A stretch of 53,434 nt of DNA, taken from an uncultured Pelagibacteraceae bacterium (GTDB taxonomy: Bacteria; Pseudomonadota; Alphaproteobacteria; Pelagibacterales; Pelagibacteraceae). The notes below the pieces were generated by a model. It did not search any database, was not told the DNA's origin, and saw only the letters and a program-made list of their open reading frames with translations. Of the stretch, positions 17,100 to 26,733 are shown in pieces; within the stretch, counting starts at the first letter, position 1; each line of letters starts with the position of its first letter. The position numbers and the translations under genes are program-made. The DNA lies in the NCBI GenBank assembly GCA_902527485.1, contig CABZPB010000001.1:1-53434 (forward strand), in the 5' to 3' direction.

Positions 17100-18247
17100 A
17101 GAATAACTAAATCTAACTTTTTTTTTCCAAGTCTTTCATTACCATTTTCTGTAACTAAGAAAGTTTCACCTAAATTCATAGCTAATTGATTTTCTGAATC
17201 CATCAAGATCATATGCATAAAGAACACATTTCCAGTTTCAATAACATATGGGTTACCAGTATATAACATTGGCCAATCCATCCAATTTGGAGAAAATGTT
17301 GTACCTAAAGAATAACCACATGCGTTCATTCGAGCTTTATTGTAACCAAGATTATCAAACGTTTTTGCATGAATATCAAAAACTTCTCCAATTTTATTCC
17401 CAGGCATTAATTTACTCTCACAATTTTTAAGAGCCTCAATGCATGCTTCATGCATTTTATGATGTTTAGAATCTGCTTTTCCAATAGGAATAGTTCTAAA
17501 CATTGCAGAATGGTAATGTCTATAAGTACCAGCCCATTCAATGGTTAATTGATCCTGACTATTTAAAATTTGTTTTTCTGCCTGATAACGACAAAGAAGA
17601 GCATTTTTACCAGAGCCAATTATAAATTCATTTGCAGGATAATCTCCACCATTTTCAAATATAACTCTATTCATTTCAGCTAATATCTTAGATTCACTTA
17701 CACCAGCTTTTGCGTGTTTCCATACTTCATCCAAAGCCTTATCAGCAAGTGCTGCAGCTTTTTTAACATAAACAATCTCCTCTTTAGATTTAACTGCTCT
17801 TAATTTTGTAATTAAGTCTGATTTATCCTTAAGAGTGCAATAATTTTCCAAAGATTTGTTTAATCGAAGAGCATTACGTCCAGTTAAACCATAAGCTTCA
17901 TATTCAACTCCTAATTTTTTTCCTTTAAGATTTAATTCATTTAAAATATTTTTAAGATCATCTGTTGGATTTGATCCATCTTTATCAACCCATATTCTAA
18001 TATCTTCTATGTTGGATGTATTCTGAGCCTGTCTTAAATCGGGAGCTCTTGTAAGTAATACTGTATTCCCACTTTGGTCTAAAACCAATGTTTGAAAAAA
18101 AACATAACCAAAAGTGTCATAACCAGTTAGCCAATACATAGACTCTTGCCTAAACATTAACAGAGCGTCAAGATTATGCTCTTTCATTAATTTTAAAACA
18201 TTCATTTTTCTTTGTGAAAATTCCTCTTTTGAAAAATGAAGTCCCAT
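17096..18247 (-). CDS. M24 / creatinase-family hydrolase (Xaa-Pro peptidase-like fold)
   Basis: Creatinase-type N domain (MYWLTGYD) and LRAVKSKEEI, followed by a pita-bread domain whose metal-ligand positions are substituted. Confidence 0.85.
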   Translation of the reverse strand: MGLHFSKEEFSQRKMNVLKLMKEHNLDALLMFRQESMYWLTGYDTFGYVFFQTLVLDQSGNTVLLTRAPDLRQAQNTSNIEDIRIWVDKDGSNPTDDLKNILNELNLKGKKLGVEYEAYGLTGRNALRLNKSLENYCTLKDKSDLITKLRAVKSKEEIVYVKKAAALADKALDEVWKHAKAGVSESKILAEMNRVIFENGGDYPANEFIIGSGKNALLCRYQAEKQILNSQDQLTIEWAGTYRHYHSAMFRTIPIGKADSKHHKMHEACIEALKNCESKLMPGNKIGEVFDIHAKTFDNLGYNKARMNACGYSLGTTFSPNWMDWPMLYTGNPYVIETGNVFFMHMILMDSENQLAMNLGETFLVTENGNERLGKKKLDLVIL

Positions 18248-18255
18248 TAAGCGAT

Positions 18256-18645
18256 CTAGTAGCTAGTGTACTCTTTTATTTCCCTAATAACTGATCTAGT
18301 ATAGTTGTTAATCTCTAATTTGATTTTCGCTCTATCGTCATTAAGAAAGTGCACGTTTCTTGAAAGTTTTATAAATTTTTCTCCAAAATCTTTATCTTTT
18401 TCGCATTGTCTCTTATCATCTTCAATTACCCAAAGTTTTGAATTAATTTCCTTAAGTGATTGATAGAGGTTTTTAATTTTGTCATCAGACTTTATATTTT
18501 TTTCAAACTGATCTTTTAAAATAGAGTATTCTTTATCAATGAACTTTAATTTTTCAGGATCTTTAATTTTTTCTTGTTTAATTTCTAAAATAGAAATTTT
18601 GTCTAACAATTCTCCAATTGAAACTTCTATTATAATTTTATTCAT
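18256..18645 (-). CDS. Conserved hypothetical protein (DUF6165-like)
   Basis: VSIGELLDKISILEIK, INSKLWVIEDDKR, NDDRAKIK..IN and EIKEY match this family as I remember it. Confidence 0.75.
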   Translation of the reverse strand: MNKIIIEVSIGELLDKISILEIKQEKIKDPEKLKFIDKEYSILKDQFEKNIKSDDKIKNLYQSLKEINSKLWVIEDDKRQCEKDKDFGEKFIKLSRNVHFLNDDRAKIKLEINNYTRSVIREIKEYTSY

Positions 18646-18677
18646 AAAATTAAATACTGTGTTATCTTGTTATAATT

Positions 18678-19619
18678 ATGTCTAATATTTTAATTATTAA
18701 ACATGGATCATTAGGAGATATAGCTCAAGCAAGTGGTGCAATTCAAGATATATCTGAAAACCACAAAAATGATCAAATTTATTTACTAACTACAAAAGCT
18801 TATTTAGAGGTGTTTAAAAAAAATCCATTTATTCATGAAGTAATTTTAGATAAAAGATTACCAAGATATAATCTTATCTACTTGTATTTCTTAATGAGAG
18901 AACTAAAGAAACATAGTTTTTCAAAAGTTTATGACCTTCAAAATTCTTCAAGAACAAATTTTTATAAGAATATTCTTTTTCCTAAAGCAAAAAAAGAAAC
19001 ATGGTCAAGCTCAATTACAACTTTACCTGAAGTAATAAATAAAAGGGAATTTGATAAACATTCTGTTTTGGACAGATTTAATCATCAATTACAAACCTCA
19101 GGATTAAAAACAACCTACACCTTAAACCCCAATTTTAGTTGGGCTTGTTCTGAGATCAGTGAAATTAAAAATCACTATAAATTGGATAAATTTATTTTAC
19201 TATTTCCTTTTTGCTCTCCCCATCTAAATATTAAGAAATGGCCTTATTATAATGATCTTATAAAACTCATTTCAGACAAATTTGGGAATGAGTATAAAAT
19301 CGTTATAGCTCCAGGCCCTTCCGAGATAAATTATGCAAAAGAAATAAATGCCCTAGTTTTATTGGACAATGGAAAAGCACTTGATATTTCTCAATTAACT
19401 TCTTTAATTAAAGATAGTTCCTTTGTTATTGCAAATGATACTGGGCCAGCTCATATAGCTGCTCATGTGGGTGCGAAAGGATTAACCTTATTTGGAAAAC
19501 ATACAACAGCTTACAAAGTCAGTATTGAAAGAGAAAATTTTAAAGTAATTGAGGTAACAGACTTAAACAATCTGAGTGCAGAAAAAGTTTTTGAAAGATT
19601 AGTTAATTCTTTAAATTAA
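18678..19619 (+). CDS. Glycosyltransferase family 9 (LPS heptosyltransferase-like)
   Basis: ILIIKHGSLGD, DLQ, KKWP and IANDTGPAHIAA motifs. Confidence 0.92.
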   Translation: MSNILIIKHGSLGDIAQASGAIQDISENHKNDQIYLLTTKAYLEVFKKNPFIHEVILDKRLPRYNLIYLYFLMRELKKHSFSKVYDLQNSSRTNFYKNILFPKAKKETWSSSITTLPEVINKREFDKHSVLDRFNHQLQTSGLKTTYTLNPNFSWACSEISEIKNHYKLDKFILLFPFCSPHLNIKKWPYYNDLIKLISDKFGNEYKIVIAPGPSEINYAKEINALVLLDNGKALDISQLTSLIKDSSFVIANDTGPAHIAAHVGAKGLTLFGKHTTAYKVSIERENFKVIEVTDLNNLSAEKVFERLVNSLN

Positions 19620-20698
19620 TTAAGAATTTTTTTGTATTCTTCCAAAGTTTTATCCCACTGAAATTTTGAAACATAATCTTTGGCATTTTTTCCAAGTTCG
19701 ATATATCTTTTATTTTCAATCATTGAATTTAATGACGAATAAATCTCATCTAGATTGTTACCGTCACAAATTAATCCAGTTCTATCGTGTTCAATGGCAT
19801 CTGATGCACCACCATCCTTTCCTGCAATAGAAGGAATTCCATATTGTGCAGCTTCAACATATGCTATTCCAAAACCCTCTACGGAGGTTTTATGAATTAT
19901 AGATGGCATGACAAAAATATTTGATTTTGCCACTAAAGCATTTTTTAAATCAATACTTATGTCTTTAAAGAACATTACTTGTGAAGTTAGATCTAATTCT
20001 TCAACTAATTTTTTTATATTTTCCTCCTCATCACCATAGCCAATACAAATATAGACAATATCAGGGTATAATTGTTTCAAATTTCTTAGTGCCATAATTA
20101 TTTTTTCATGATTTTTTCTTTTATCAAATCTAGAAACAGTAATAAGTCTTGGTGTTTTTATTTTTAATAGACTCTCAACTTTCTCAAGAGATTTTTTATT
20201 TAATTCTTGAACTGCATCAGCTCCAGGATTTATTACAACAACTTTATCTTGGTCTACACCATTATTTATAGCTAAATTTTTTGTATACTCAGAATTTGCA
20301 ATAATTTTTTCTACATTATTTAGAACTTTTATAACCCTTTTATTTAATGAGCTTCCTAACGGATGGTTAATCTCCTTACCATGAATTAAACAATACTTTT
20401 TTTTGTCAGTTTTTATTAATTCTAAACTTTTCCAGTGATCAGCAATAACACCCTCAACTTTATTTTCTTTTAAAAATTCATTAATCAATTGAGCTTTTCT
20501 TATTTTTCTTAAAAATTTTATTCCACCAACTCTTTCAATTGAAAAACTTGTTTTTTCATCAAAATCTTTATGATTCTCATGGTAATCTGCAAAAACTTTA
20601 ATCATAAAATTTTTTGACATTTCACGAGATAAACCCCACATCAAACTTTGCATGCCACCCAGTTCTGGTGGAAAAGTTCTAGTAACAATAATATACAT
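19616..20698 (-). CDS. Glycosyltransferase family 4
   Basis: FPPELGGMQ, HGKE, ITVSRFDKRKN and FVMPS...EGFGIAYVEA motifs. Confidence 0.92.
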   Translation of the reverse strand: MYIIVTRTFPPELGGMQSLMWGLSREMSKNFMIKVFADYHENHKDFDEKTSFSIERVGGIKFLRKIRKAQLINEFLKENKVEGVIADHWKSLELIKTDKKKYCLIHGKEINHPLGSSLNKRVIKVLNNVEKIIANSEYTKNLAINNGVDQDKVVVINPGADAVQELNKKSLEKVESLLKIKTPRLITVSRFDKRKNHEKIIMALRNLKQLYPDIVYICIGYGDEEENIKKLVEELDLTSQVMFFKDISIDLKNALVAKSNIFVMPSIIHKTSVEGFGIAYVEAAQYGIPSIAGKDGGASDAIEHDRTGLICDGNNLDEIYSSLNSMIENKRYIELGKNAKDYVSKFQWDKTLEEYKKILN

Positions 20699-21252
20699 TA
20701 ATTAGTTTTCCACTTGATACCACATCCAGCACTAGGAATTTGTTTCTCAGGTCCTTTATTAGTTTCGGCAACTTGTTTCATTGCTTTAAAAAGATCACTA
20801 TCTCCTTCTCTAACTGGAATTAATTTTTTAAGTTCTCTTACTCTTCCTCTGTATTGAAGCTCTAAATCTTTGTTATATCCAAAAAAATCTGGAGTACATA
20901 CCGCATCGTATGTTTTTGCAATTTCTTGAGTCTCGTCAACTAAATAAGGAAAACCAAATTGATTTTTTTTTGAAAACTCAATCATATTTTCAAATGAGTC
21001 TTCAGGATAATTTTCAGCATCATTAGCGCAAATAGCTACAGAATTGATACCCATATCTTTTAATTTTTTACAATCTTCAACAATATCTTTTGTTACCGCT
21101 TTTACATATGGACAGTGATTACAAATAAACATAATTAATGTTCCTTTTTCGCCTTTAACATCTGCCAATGAGAGAATCTTCCCTTCTGTTGATTTGAGCT
21201 TAAAGTCATGAGCTTTTTGACCAAAATCACATATTGGAGTTTGTATTGGCAT
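20698..21252 (-). CDS. Thioredoxin-fold protein (AhpC/TSA, redoxin family)
   Basis: FICNHCPYV, CTPDFF, LQYRG and C-terminal GCGIKW motifs. Confidence 0.9.
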   Translation of the reverse strand: MPIQTPICDFGQKAHDFKLKSTEGKILSLADVKGEKGTLIMFICNHCPYVKAVTKDIVEDCKKLKDMGINSVAICANDAENYPEDSFENMIEFSKKNQFGFPYLVDETQEIAKTYDAVCTPDFFGYNKDLELQYRGRVRELKKLIPVREGDSDLFKAMKQVAETNKGPEKQIPSAGCGIKWKTN

Positions 21253-21272
21253 AATGTAATAATATATAAATT

Positions 21273-21785
21273 ATGTTTTACGATTTAAAAGATAAAAAAC
21301 CAAAAAACTCTGGCGAAAATTGGGTAGCACCTAATGCAACTATAATAGGAGATGTTACCTTAGAAAAAGATTCTAGTATCTGGTTTAATGCCACTTTAAG
21401 AGGTGATGTAGAAAATATTCATATTGGTGAGGGCTCTAATATTCAAGACGGAAGTGTTTTGCACACAGACCCTGGTTATCCCTTAAAGGTTGGAAAAAAT
21501 GTTACTGTCGGACATATGGTTATGCTTCACGGCTGTACAATAGGGGACGATAGTTTAATTGGTATCGGAGCAGTAATTTTAAATAATGCAAAAATTGGAA
21601 AGAACTGTTTAGTTGGCGCAAAAGCATTAATTACAGAAAATAAAGAAATTCCAGATAACTCTTTAGTAATTGGCTCACCTGGAAAAGTTGTAAGAGAAAT
21701 TACGGAAGACGAAAAAAAAGCAATTATTGAAAACACAAAACATTATCAAGATAATTGGAAAAAATATTCTAAATCTATATTTTAA
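21273..21785 (+). CDS. Gamma carbonic anhydrase family protein
   Basis: Hexapeptide repeats, LRGD, NIQDGSVLH and TVGHMVMLHGC (three His ligands). Confidence 0.93.
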   Translation: MFYDLKDKKPKNSGENWVAPNATIIGDVTLEKDSSIWFNATLRGDVENIHIGEGSNIQDGSVLHTDPGYPLKVGKNVTVGHMVMLHGCTIGDDSLIGIGAVILNNAKIGKNCLVGAKALITENKEIPDNSLVIGSPGKVVREITEDEKKAIIENTKHYQDNWKKYSKSIF

Positions 21786-21790
21786 ATATA

Positions 21791-22231
21791 ATGCCAACTT
21801 ATACAGTTACAAATTCAAACTTTAATATTTCTTCTAAACAACAAAAAAAATTAGCTGAAGGAATTACAAAGGTTCATAATGTGGTAACTGGTGCAAATAC
21901 TTATTTTGCTCAAGTAATATTCAATAAAACAAAAAAAAATAATCACTTCATGGGTGGGAAAAAAGTTAAAGAGCCATCTTTATTTTTACTTGGTCAAATT
22001 AGAGCAGGTAGATCCAAAGAAGTGAAAGACAAATTAATTTTAGATCTAAGAGATGTGTTAGTGAAAAATTCAAAATTGGATGAAACTCAAGTTTGGGTTT
22101 ACATTAATGATCTTCCTCCATCTCAAATGATTGAATATGGAGCTGTATTACCAGAATCAGGCAAAGAGAAAGAGTGGTTCGGTAATTTACCAATCAAATT
22201 AAAGAAAAAATTATCAACTATAGAGAAATAA
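21791..22231 (+). CDS. Tautomerase superfamily protein, cis-3-chloroacrylic acid dehalogenase (cis-CaaD / Cg10062) subgroup
   Basis: After Met removal: Pro1, His28, Arg70, Arg73, Tyr103 and Glu114, plus AQVIF, WVY, MIEYG and EWF segments. Confidence 0.85.
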   Translation: MPTYTVTNSNFNISSKQQKKLAEGITKVHNVVTGANTYFAQVIFNKTKKNNHFMGGKKVKEPSLFLLGQIRAGRSKEVKDKLILDLRDVLVKNSKLDETQVWVYINDLPPSQMIEYGAVLPESGKEKEWFGNLPIKLKKKLSTIEK

Positions 22232-22232
22232 T

Positions 22233-22832
22233 TTAAGGAACTAGCCACTCATTTTTGTTTGTTTCTAAATCAAACTTAGCTCTTCTATGACCCTTAGCTG
22301 CGAGATAAAGCCATTCAATAGATTTAATTTTACATTTAATGACAGTAAAATTTTTGAAACCTTCCTCACTTTGTTCCATTGTATAATCAAAATCTTCTAA
22401 TTTGGATATCATTCCTGATGTTGGATTATCTGATGTAGTTCCTGGAGGGCTATCAGTCAAATAGCAACGTCTACTTATATGTTGAGTTTTTTTCCAGGAC
22501 TCTTCCGTTGTTAAATTTTGATTATTAACTTCACACTTTACTTTAACCCTTAATTGTATCTTTTCTTCTTTGTCATAAAAAACTAGAGAGGCTTTTTTAT
22601 TTTTTTTTAGAATATCTACCTTTGGGGATCTTAAATCGGTATGAAATTGTAATAGATTGTTTGCTCTATCTGATTTACGTAAAACAACAATTCTCCCATC
22701 AACCTCATCTTGGTGAGCACATATAAAAACAGGAATTCTAAATGGTGAACCTCTGTTAGTTACCGCATCATCTAACATAGACCAATACTTATTTTGTATC
22801 TCTGCTAAATCTTCATAGTATGCTGGCTGCAT
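22233..22832 (-). CDS. Pyridoxamine 5'-phosphate oxidase-like FMN-binding protein
   Basis: RIVVLR, FHTDLRSPK, QLR and EWLYL...HRRA motifs, ending WLVP. Confidence 0.85.
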   Translation of the reverse strand: MQPAYYEDLAEIQNKYWSMLDDAVTNRGSPFRIPVFICAHQDEVDGRIVVLRKSDRANNLLQFHTDLRSPKVDILKKNKKASLVFYDKEEKIQLRVKVKCEVNNQNLTTEESWKKTQHISRRCYLTDSPPGTTSDNPTSGMISKLEDFDYTMEQSEEGFKNFTVIKCKIKSIEWLYLAAKGHRRAKFDLETNKNEWLVP

Positions 22833-22835
22833 ACT

Positions 22836-23705
22836 TTACTTTCTAAATCTTTTTATTAAGCTTGATGTATCCCAACGATTACCACCCATGCTTTGTACTT
22901 CGCCGTAATATTTATCAACGAGTTCAGTGATAGGTAACAACGAGCCATTATTTTTAGCTTCATCCATTGCAATTTTTAAATCTTTTCTCATCCAATCAAC
23001 TGCAAAACCAAAATCAAATTTATCATCAATCATAGTTTTATATCTATTTTCCATCTGCCAAGATTGTGCTGCACCTTTTGAAATAACCTCAATTACATCC
23101 TCCATATTTAATCCGGCTTTCATTCCAAAATTAATAGCTTCAGATAAACCTTGTACTAAACCTGCAATACAAATTTGATTAACCATTTTAGCAAGTTGTC
23201 CATTTCCTGGACCACCAAGTAGTTTCATTTTTTTACTATAACAATCAATTTTATCTTTTGCTTTGTCAAAGTCAGATTGATCACCACCAATCATAACAGT
23301 TAGCGCACCATTCTCTGCACCAGCTTGTCCTCCTGATACAGGTGCATCTAGCGCACCAAACCCATTTTTTTTTGCATAAGAATGTATTTCTTTTGCAATT
23401 GTTGCTGAAGCAGTTGTGTTATCAATATAAACTGCACCTTTTTTAATTGTTTTAAATACACCGTTGTCTCCAAAAGTAACCTCTCTTAAATCATTGTCAT
23501 TTCCTACACATGTAAAAATGTATTCGGCATCCTTTGCAGCTTCGGATGGTGTGTCAGCTATTTTACCTTTAAATTCTTTAATCCATTTTTCAGCTTTGGA
23601 TTTTGTTCTGTTAAAAACAGTTACATTATGTCCTCCTTTTGATATATAACCTGCCATTGGATAACCCATGACACCAAGGCCTATGAAAGCAACATTACAA
23701 CTCAT
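22836..23705 (-). CDS. Beta-hydroxyacid dehydrogenase (3-hydroxyisobutyrate dehydrogenase / tartronate semialdehyde reductase family)
   Basis: FIGLGVMGYPMA, DAPVSGG, GQLAKMVNQ and KDL motifs. Confidence 0.92.
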   Translation of the reverse strand: MSCNVAFIGLGVMGYPMAGYISKGGHNVTVFNRTKSKAEKWIKEFKGKIADTPSEAAKDAEYIFTCVGNDNDLREVTFGDNGVFKTIKKGAVYIDNTTASATIAKEIHSYAKKNGFGALDAPVSGGQAGAENGALTVMIGGDQSDFDKAKDKIDCYSKKMKLLGGPGNGQLAKMVNQICIAGLVQGLSEAINFGMKAGLNMEDVIEVISKGAAQSWQMENRYKTMIDDKFDFGFAVDWMRKDLKIAMDEAKNNGSLLPITELVDKYYGEVQSMGGNRWDTSSLIKRFRK

Positions 23706-23716
23706 AATTTTTTAAT

Positions 23717-24922
23717 ATGTTTAAAAGTTTAAGTTTAAAAGTTATCGTATTTGGTTTTATATTTACATTTTTTTCCAGTTTTGGACAGAGTTTTTTTCTT
23801 GGTCTTTTTAACTCTAGTATACGAGAAGCATTATCTATTACCCAAGGACAATTTGGAACAATTTATGCATCCGCAACATTACTAAGCAGCTTTTTATTAA
23901 TTTGGGTTGGAAAAAAAATAGATGATATCAATATATTTAAATTTGCTTTTTTTGTAACAATACTTCTGTCCTTCTCATGTTTTTTCTTTTCAAAAATTTC
24001 TTCAATAATCTTTTTATTTATTGCAATTTTTTTAATGAGATTTTCAGGTCAAGGTATGATGTCTCATACTGCAACAACAACAATATCTAGATATTTTACA
24101 AAATCTAGAGGTAAAGCTTTAAGCACAAGTTGGTTTGGTCTATCTACTGCTGAATTTATACTACCAGTTTTAATTGTATATTTATTAACTGTAACTTCTT
24201 GGCAAAATTTATGGATATATATTTCAATATTAGTTTTGATTTTTCTTCCAATAACTTCCTTTATTTTAGTAAAGAACTTAAACTTTGAGTCTAGAGAGAA
24301 GACAAACCAAAAAGAATTTAGTGAAAAAATAAAACAATGGAAAAGAATAGATGTTTTGAAGGATTACAGATTTTATATAGTTTGTTTGAATATGTTAGCG
24401 ATGCCATGGATTGCAACTGGCGTGTTTGTTTATCAATCTTTTATTTCAGAGTCTAAAGGGTGGGGTACTTATGTAATTGCTCAATCTTTTATGGTTTATT
24501 CAATTTTATCAGTATTAACTCTATTAATTGCAGGATTTTTAATTGATAAATTTACGAGTAGAAAATTACTGATTTTTATGAATATTCCGTTATTAATTTC
24601 TACTGTAGTTCTTATGTATTTTGATGTTTCATTCTCTGCTTTTGTATTTTTAGGTTTAATTGGTATTTCAAACGGACTCGCAAACGTCCTAGGCTCTTCA
24701 ACCTGGGCAGAAATTTACGGTGTAAGATATATTGGTTCAATTAAAGCTTTAACTACAGCTTTGATGGTTTTTTCTACTGCTTTTGGCACTGCTTTATTTG
24801 GCATATTAATAGATATTGGACTCTCAATAGAGCAGATAGCTTTAATATCTTTTATTTATATTGCCTTATCAGCTGCTCTTTTATTGTTTGTTAAAAATAA
24901 GCTAAATCCAAAGTATTTATAA
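23717..24922 (+). CDS. MFS transporter
   Basis: About 12 hydrophobic segments; GKKIDD and GFLIDKF loop motifs. Confidence 0.88.
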   Translation: MFKSLSLKVIVFGFIFTFFSSFGQSFFLGLFNSSIREALSITQGQFGTIYASATLLSSFLLIWVGKKIDDINIFKFAFFVTILLSFSCFFFSKISSIIFLFIAIFLMRFSGQGMMSHTATTTISRYFTKSRGKALSTSWFGLSTAEFILPVLIVYLLTVTSWQNLWIYISILVLIFLPITSFILVKNLNFESREKTNQKEFSEKIKQWKRIDVLKDYRFYIVCLNMLAMPWIATGVFVYQSFISESKGWGTYVIAQSFMVYSILSVLTLLIAGFLIDKFTSRKLLIFMNIPLLISTVVLMYFDVSFSAFVFLGLIGISNGLANVLGSSTWAEIYGVRYIGSIKALTTALMVFSTAFGTALFGILIDIGLSIEQIALISFIYIALSAALLLFVKNKLNPKYL

Positions 24923-24965
24923 AATTCTCCTTGATTTTTTGAACTTCACTGTGTAGACACTCCGC

Positions 24966-25499
24966 ATGGCTAGAGTTACTGTAGAAGATTGTATAGATAA
25001 AGTAGACAGTCCTTACGAGTTAGTTTTGGTGGCTAAAGAAAGAGCAACTCAACTTAATACTGGTATAGAACCCACTTTAGATAAAGATAATGACAAAAAT
25101 ACTGTCATTGCTTTAAGAGAAATTGCAGAAGAAAATATTAAGGTAAAAGATCTTACTGAGAGTGCGGTTTATAAATTAAGAAAACACGTAGAGCAAGTTG
25201 ATGATGGAGCCGAAGATGATGAGGAGGTAGGTGATGATTTTGAAAGTTTATACAAAGGTGAAATTTCAAAAAGTGGAGCACCTATTTTACCATCAAAGAG
25301 AGCAAGAAGAACGCCAGAAAAATTACAAGTTTCAAATGATGATATTGCAGAATTATCACAAACAGCTATGCCAGATATCGATACATCACCAACTGATGAA
25401 ACTGGAGATGAACAAGGTAATGTTTCATTAGACGACGTGACAGAAACAGAAAATCAAGCTGCTGAGCAAGATACTTCTAACGAAACTGAAAATAATTAA
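24966..25499 (+). CDS. rpoZ: RNA polymerase omega subunit with long acidic C-terminal tail
   Basis: [17 protein letters not shown] and [12 protein letters not shown] motifs. Confidence 0.96.
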   Translation: MARVTVEDCIDKVDSPYELVLVAKERATQLNTGIEPTLDKDNDKNTVIALREIAEENIKVKDLTESAVYKLRKHVEQVDDGAEDDEEVGDDFESLYKGEISKSGAPILPSKRARRTPEKLQVSNDDIAELSQTAMPDIDTSPTDETGDEQGNVSLDDVTETENQAAEQDTSNETENN

Positions 25500-26638
25500 G
25501 TAAATTCTTTTAAAATTTTTTCCCTATGCTCATCTAAATCAGGGATATCACCTCTATTTTTCTCATCCTTATAATTTGACATTTTTATTGGATTACCAGC
25601 TAATTTGAAATCTCCAATTTTTTTATGAAATGCTTTGACAATCATATTTCTGGCCTCTACTTGAGGATTCTCCACAGCTTCTTTTATATTAAATATAGGA
25701 CCACATGGAATTTTTTCTTTTTCCATGTCGTTAACCCATGCGTTGGTATTTCTAGTTAATAGTTTTTTTTCAAGAATTACTTTAAGTTCATCCATGTTTT
25801 GTGCTCTAGATGAGTTATCAGAAAATTTTGGATCTTTATTTATTTCAGATATTCCTAAAAGTTCACAAAGTTTTTCGAACAACCTATCGTTACCAGCTGC
25901 GATAATGATATAACTGTCTTTAGTTTTAAAAGCTTCGAATGGTGCAATCGATGGATGACGTGATCCCATTGGTTTAGGTATTTCATTTTTTGCTAAGTAT
26001 CGAGCTATAGCATTTTCTAAAATAGCTATTTGACAATCAAGCATTGAAACATCTATGTACATACCTTTACCAGTTTTTTGTCTATCATATAGAGCTGCAT
26101 TTATTCCAATCGCAGTAAATAAACCAGCTGTGATATCTCCAATTGATGTTCCTACCCTTGTTGGTTCTGAGTTTGGTTGACCGGTTACACTCATTAATCC
26201 TCCCATACCTTGAACAACCATATCATAAGCTGGCAGCTCTTTAAGAGGACCAGTTTGTCCAAAACCCGAGGCAGATGCATAAATTAATTTTGGATATTTT
26301 TTATTTACATCCCGCCAACCGTACCCCCATTTTTCCAAAGTACCTGGTTTAAAATTTTCAACTAATATGTCTGCTTTAGATAAAATTTTATCAAAAATTT
26401 TTTTGTCTTCGTCATTTTTTAAGTTAAGAGCAATACTTTCTTTACCTCTATTTAGTGACATAAAATAAGCAGAGTATTCTTTTATAAATGGTCCAAATTT
26501 ACGGGAATCGTCACCAATCTCTGGAGCTTCAATTTTAATTACTCTAGCTCCTAGATCAGATAAAATCATAGTGCAATATGGACCGACCAATACTCTCGTT
26601 AAATCAACAACTAGCAGGTTTTTTAAAGGTCCGTCCAT
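25496..26638 (-). CDS. Family III CoA-transferase (CaiB/BaiF)
   Basis: [41 protein letters not shown] and IGDITAG (catalytic Asp) motifs. Confidence 0.93.
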   Translation of the reverse strand: MDGPLKNLLVVDLTRVLVGPYCTMILSDLGARVIKIEAPEIGDDSRKFGPFIKEYSAYFMSLNRGKESIALNLKNDEDKKIFDKILSKADILVENFKPGTLEKWGYGWRDVNKKYPKLIYASASGFGQTGPLKELPAYDMVVQGMGGLMSVTGQPNSEPTRVGTSIGDITAGLFTAIGINAALYDRQKTGKGMYIDVSMLDCQIAILENAIARYLAKNEIPKPMGSRHPSIAPFEAFKTKDSYIIIAAGNDRLFEKLCELLGISEINKDPKFSDNSSRAQNMDELKVILEKKLLTRNTNAWVNDMEKEKIPCGPIFNIKEAVENPQVEARNMIVKAFHKKIGDFKLAGNPIKMSNYKDEKNRGDIPDLDEHREKILKEFT

Positions 26639-26670
26639 ATAATTTCTATAATATTTGAGTTTTTGGCGAC

Positions 26671-26699
26671 TTGACTCTCATTAATAAGTTCACTTTAAT
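26671..26699 (+). promoter_or_regulatory. Putative sigma70 promoter of the TRAP operon
   Basis: TTGACT, 17 nt, TTTAAT, followed by a GAGGG SD and ATG 26734. Confidence 0.55.
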
Positions 26700-26733
26700 T
26701 GAATTATTAAAAATAACAATAGAGGGAAAAATA

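Noticed and set aside
21249-21280. dif-like palindrome (CATAAT...ATTATG)
   Set aside because: Spacing and the XerD arm do not fit; the symmetry comes from two divergent start codons.
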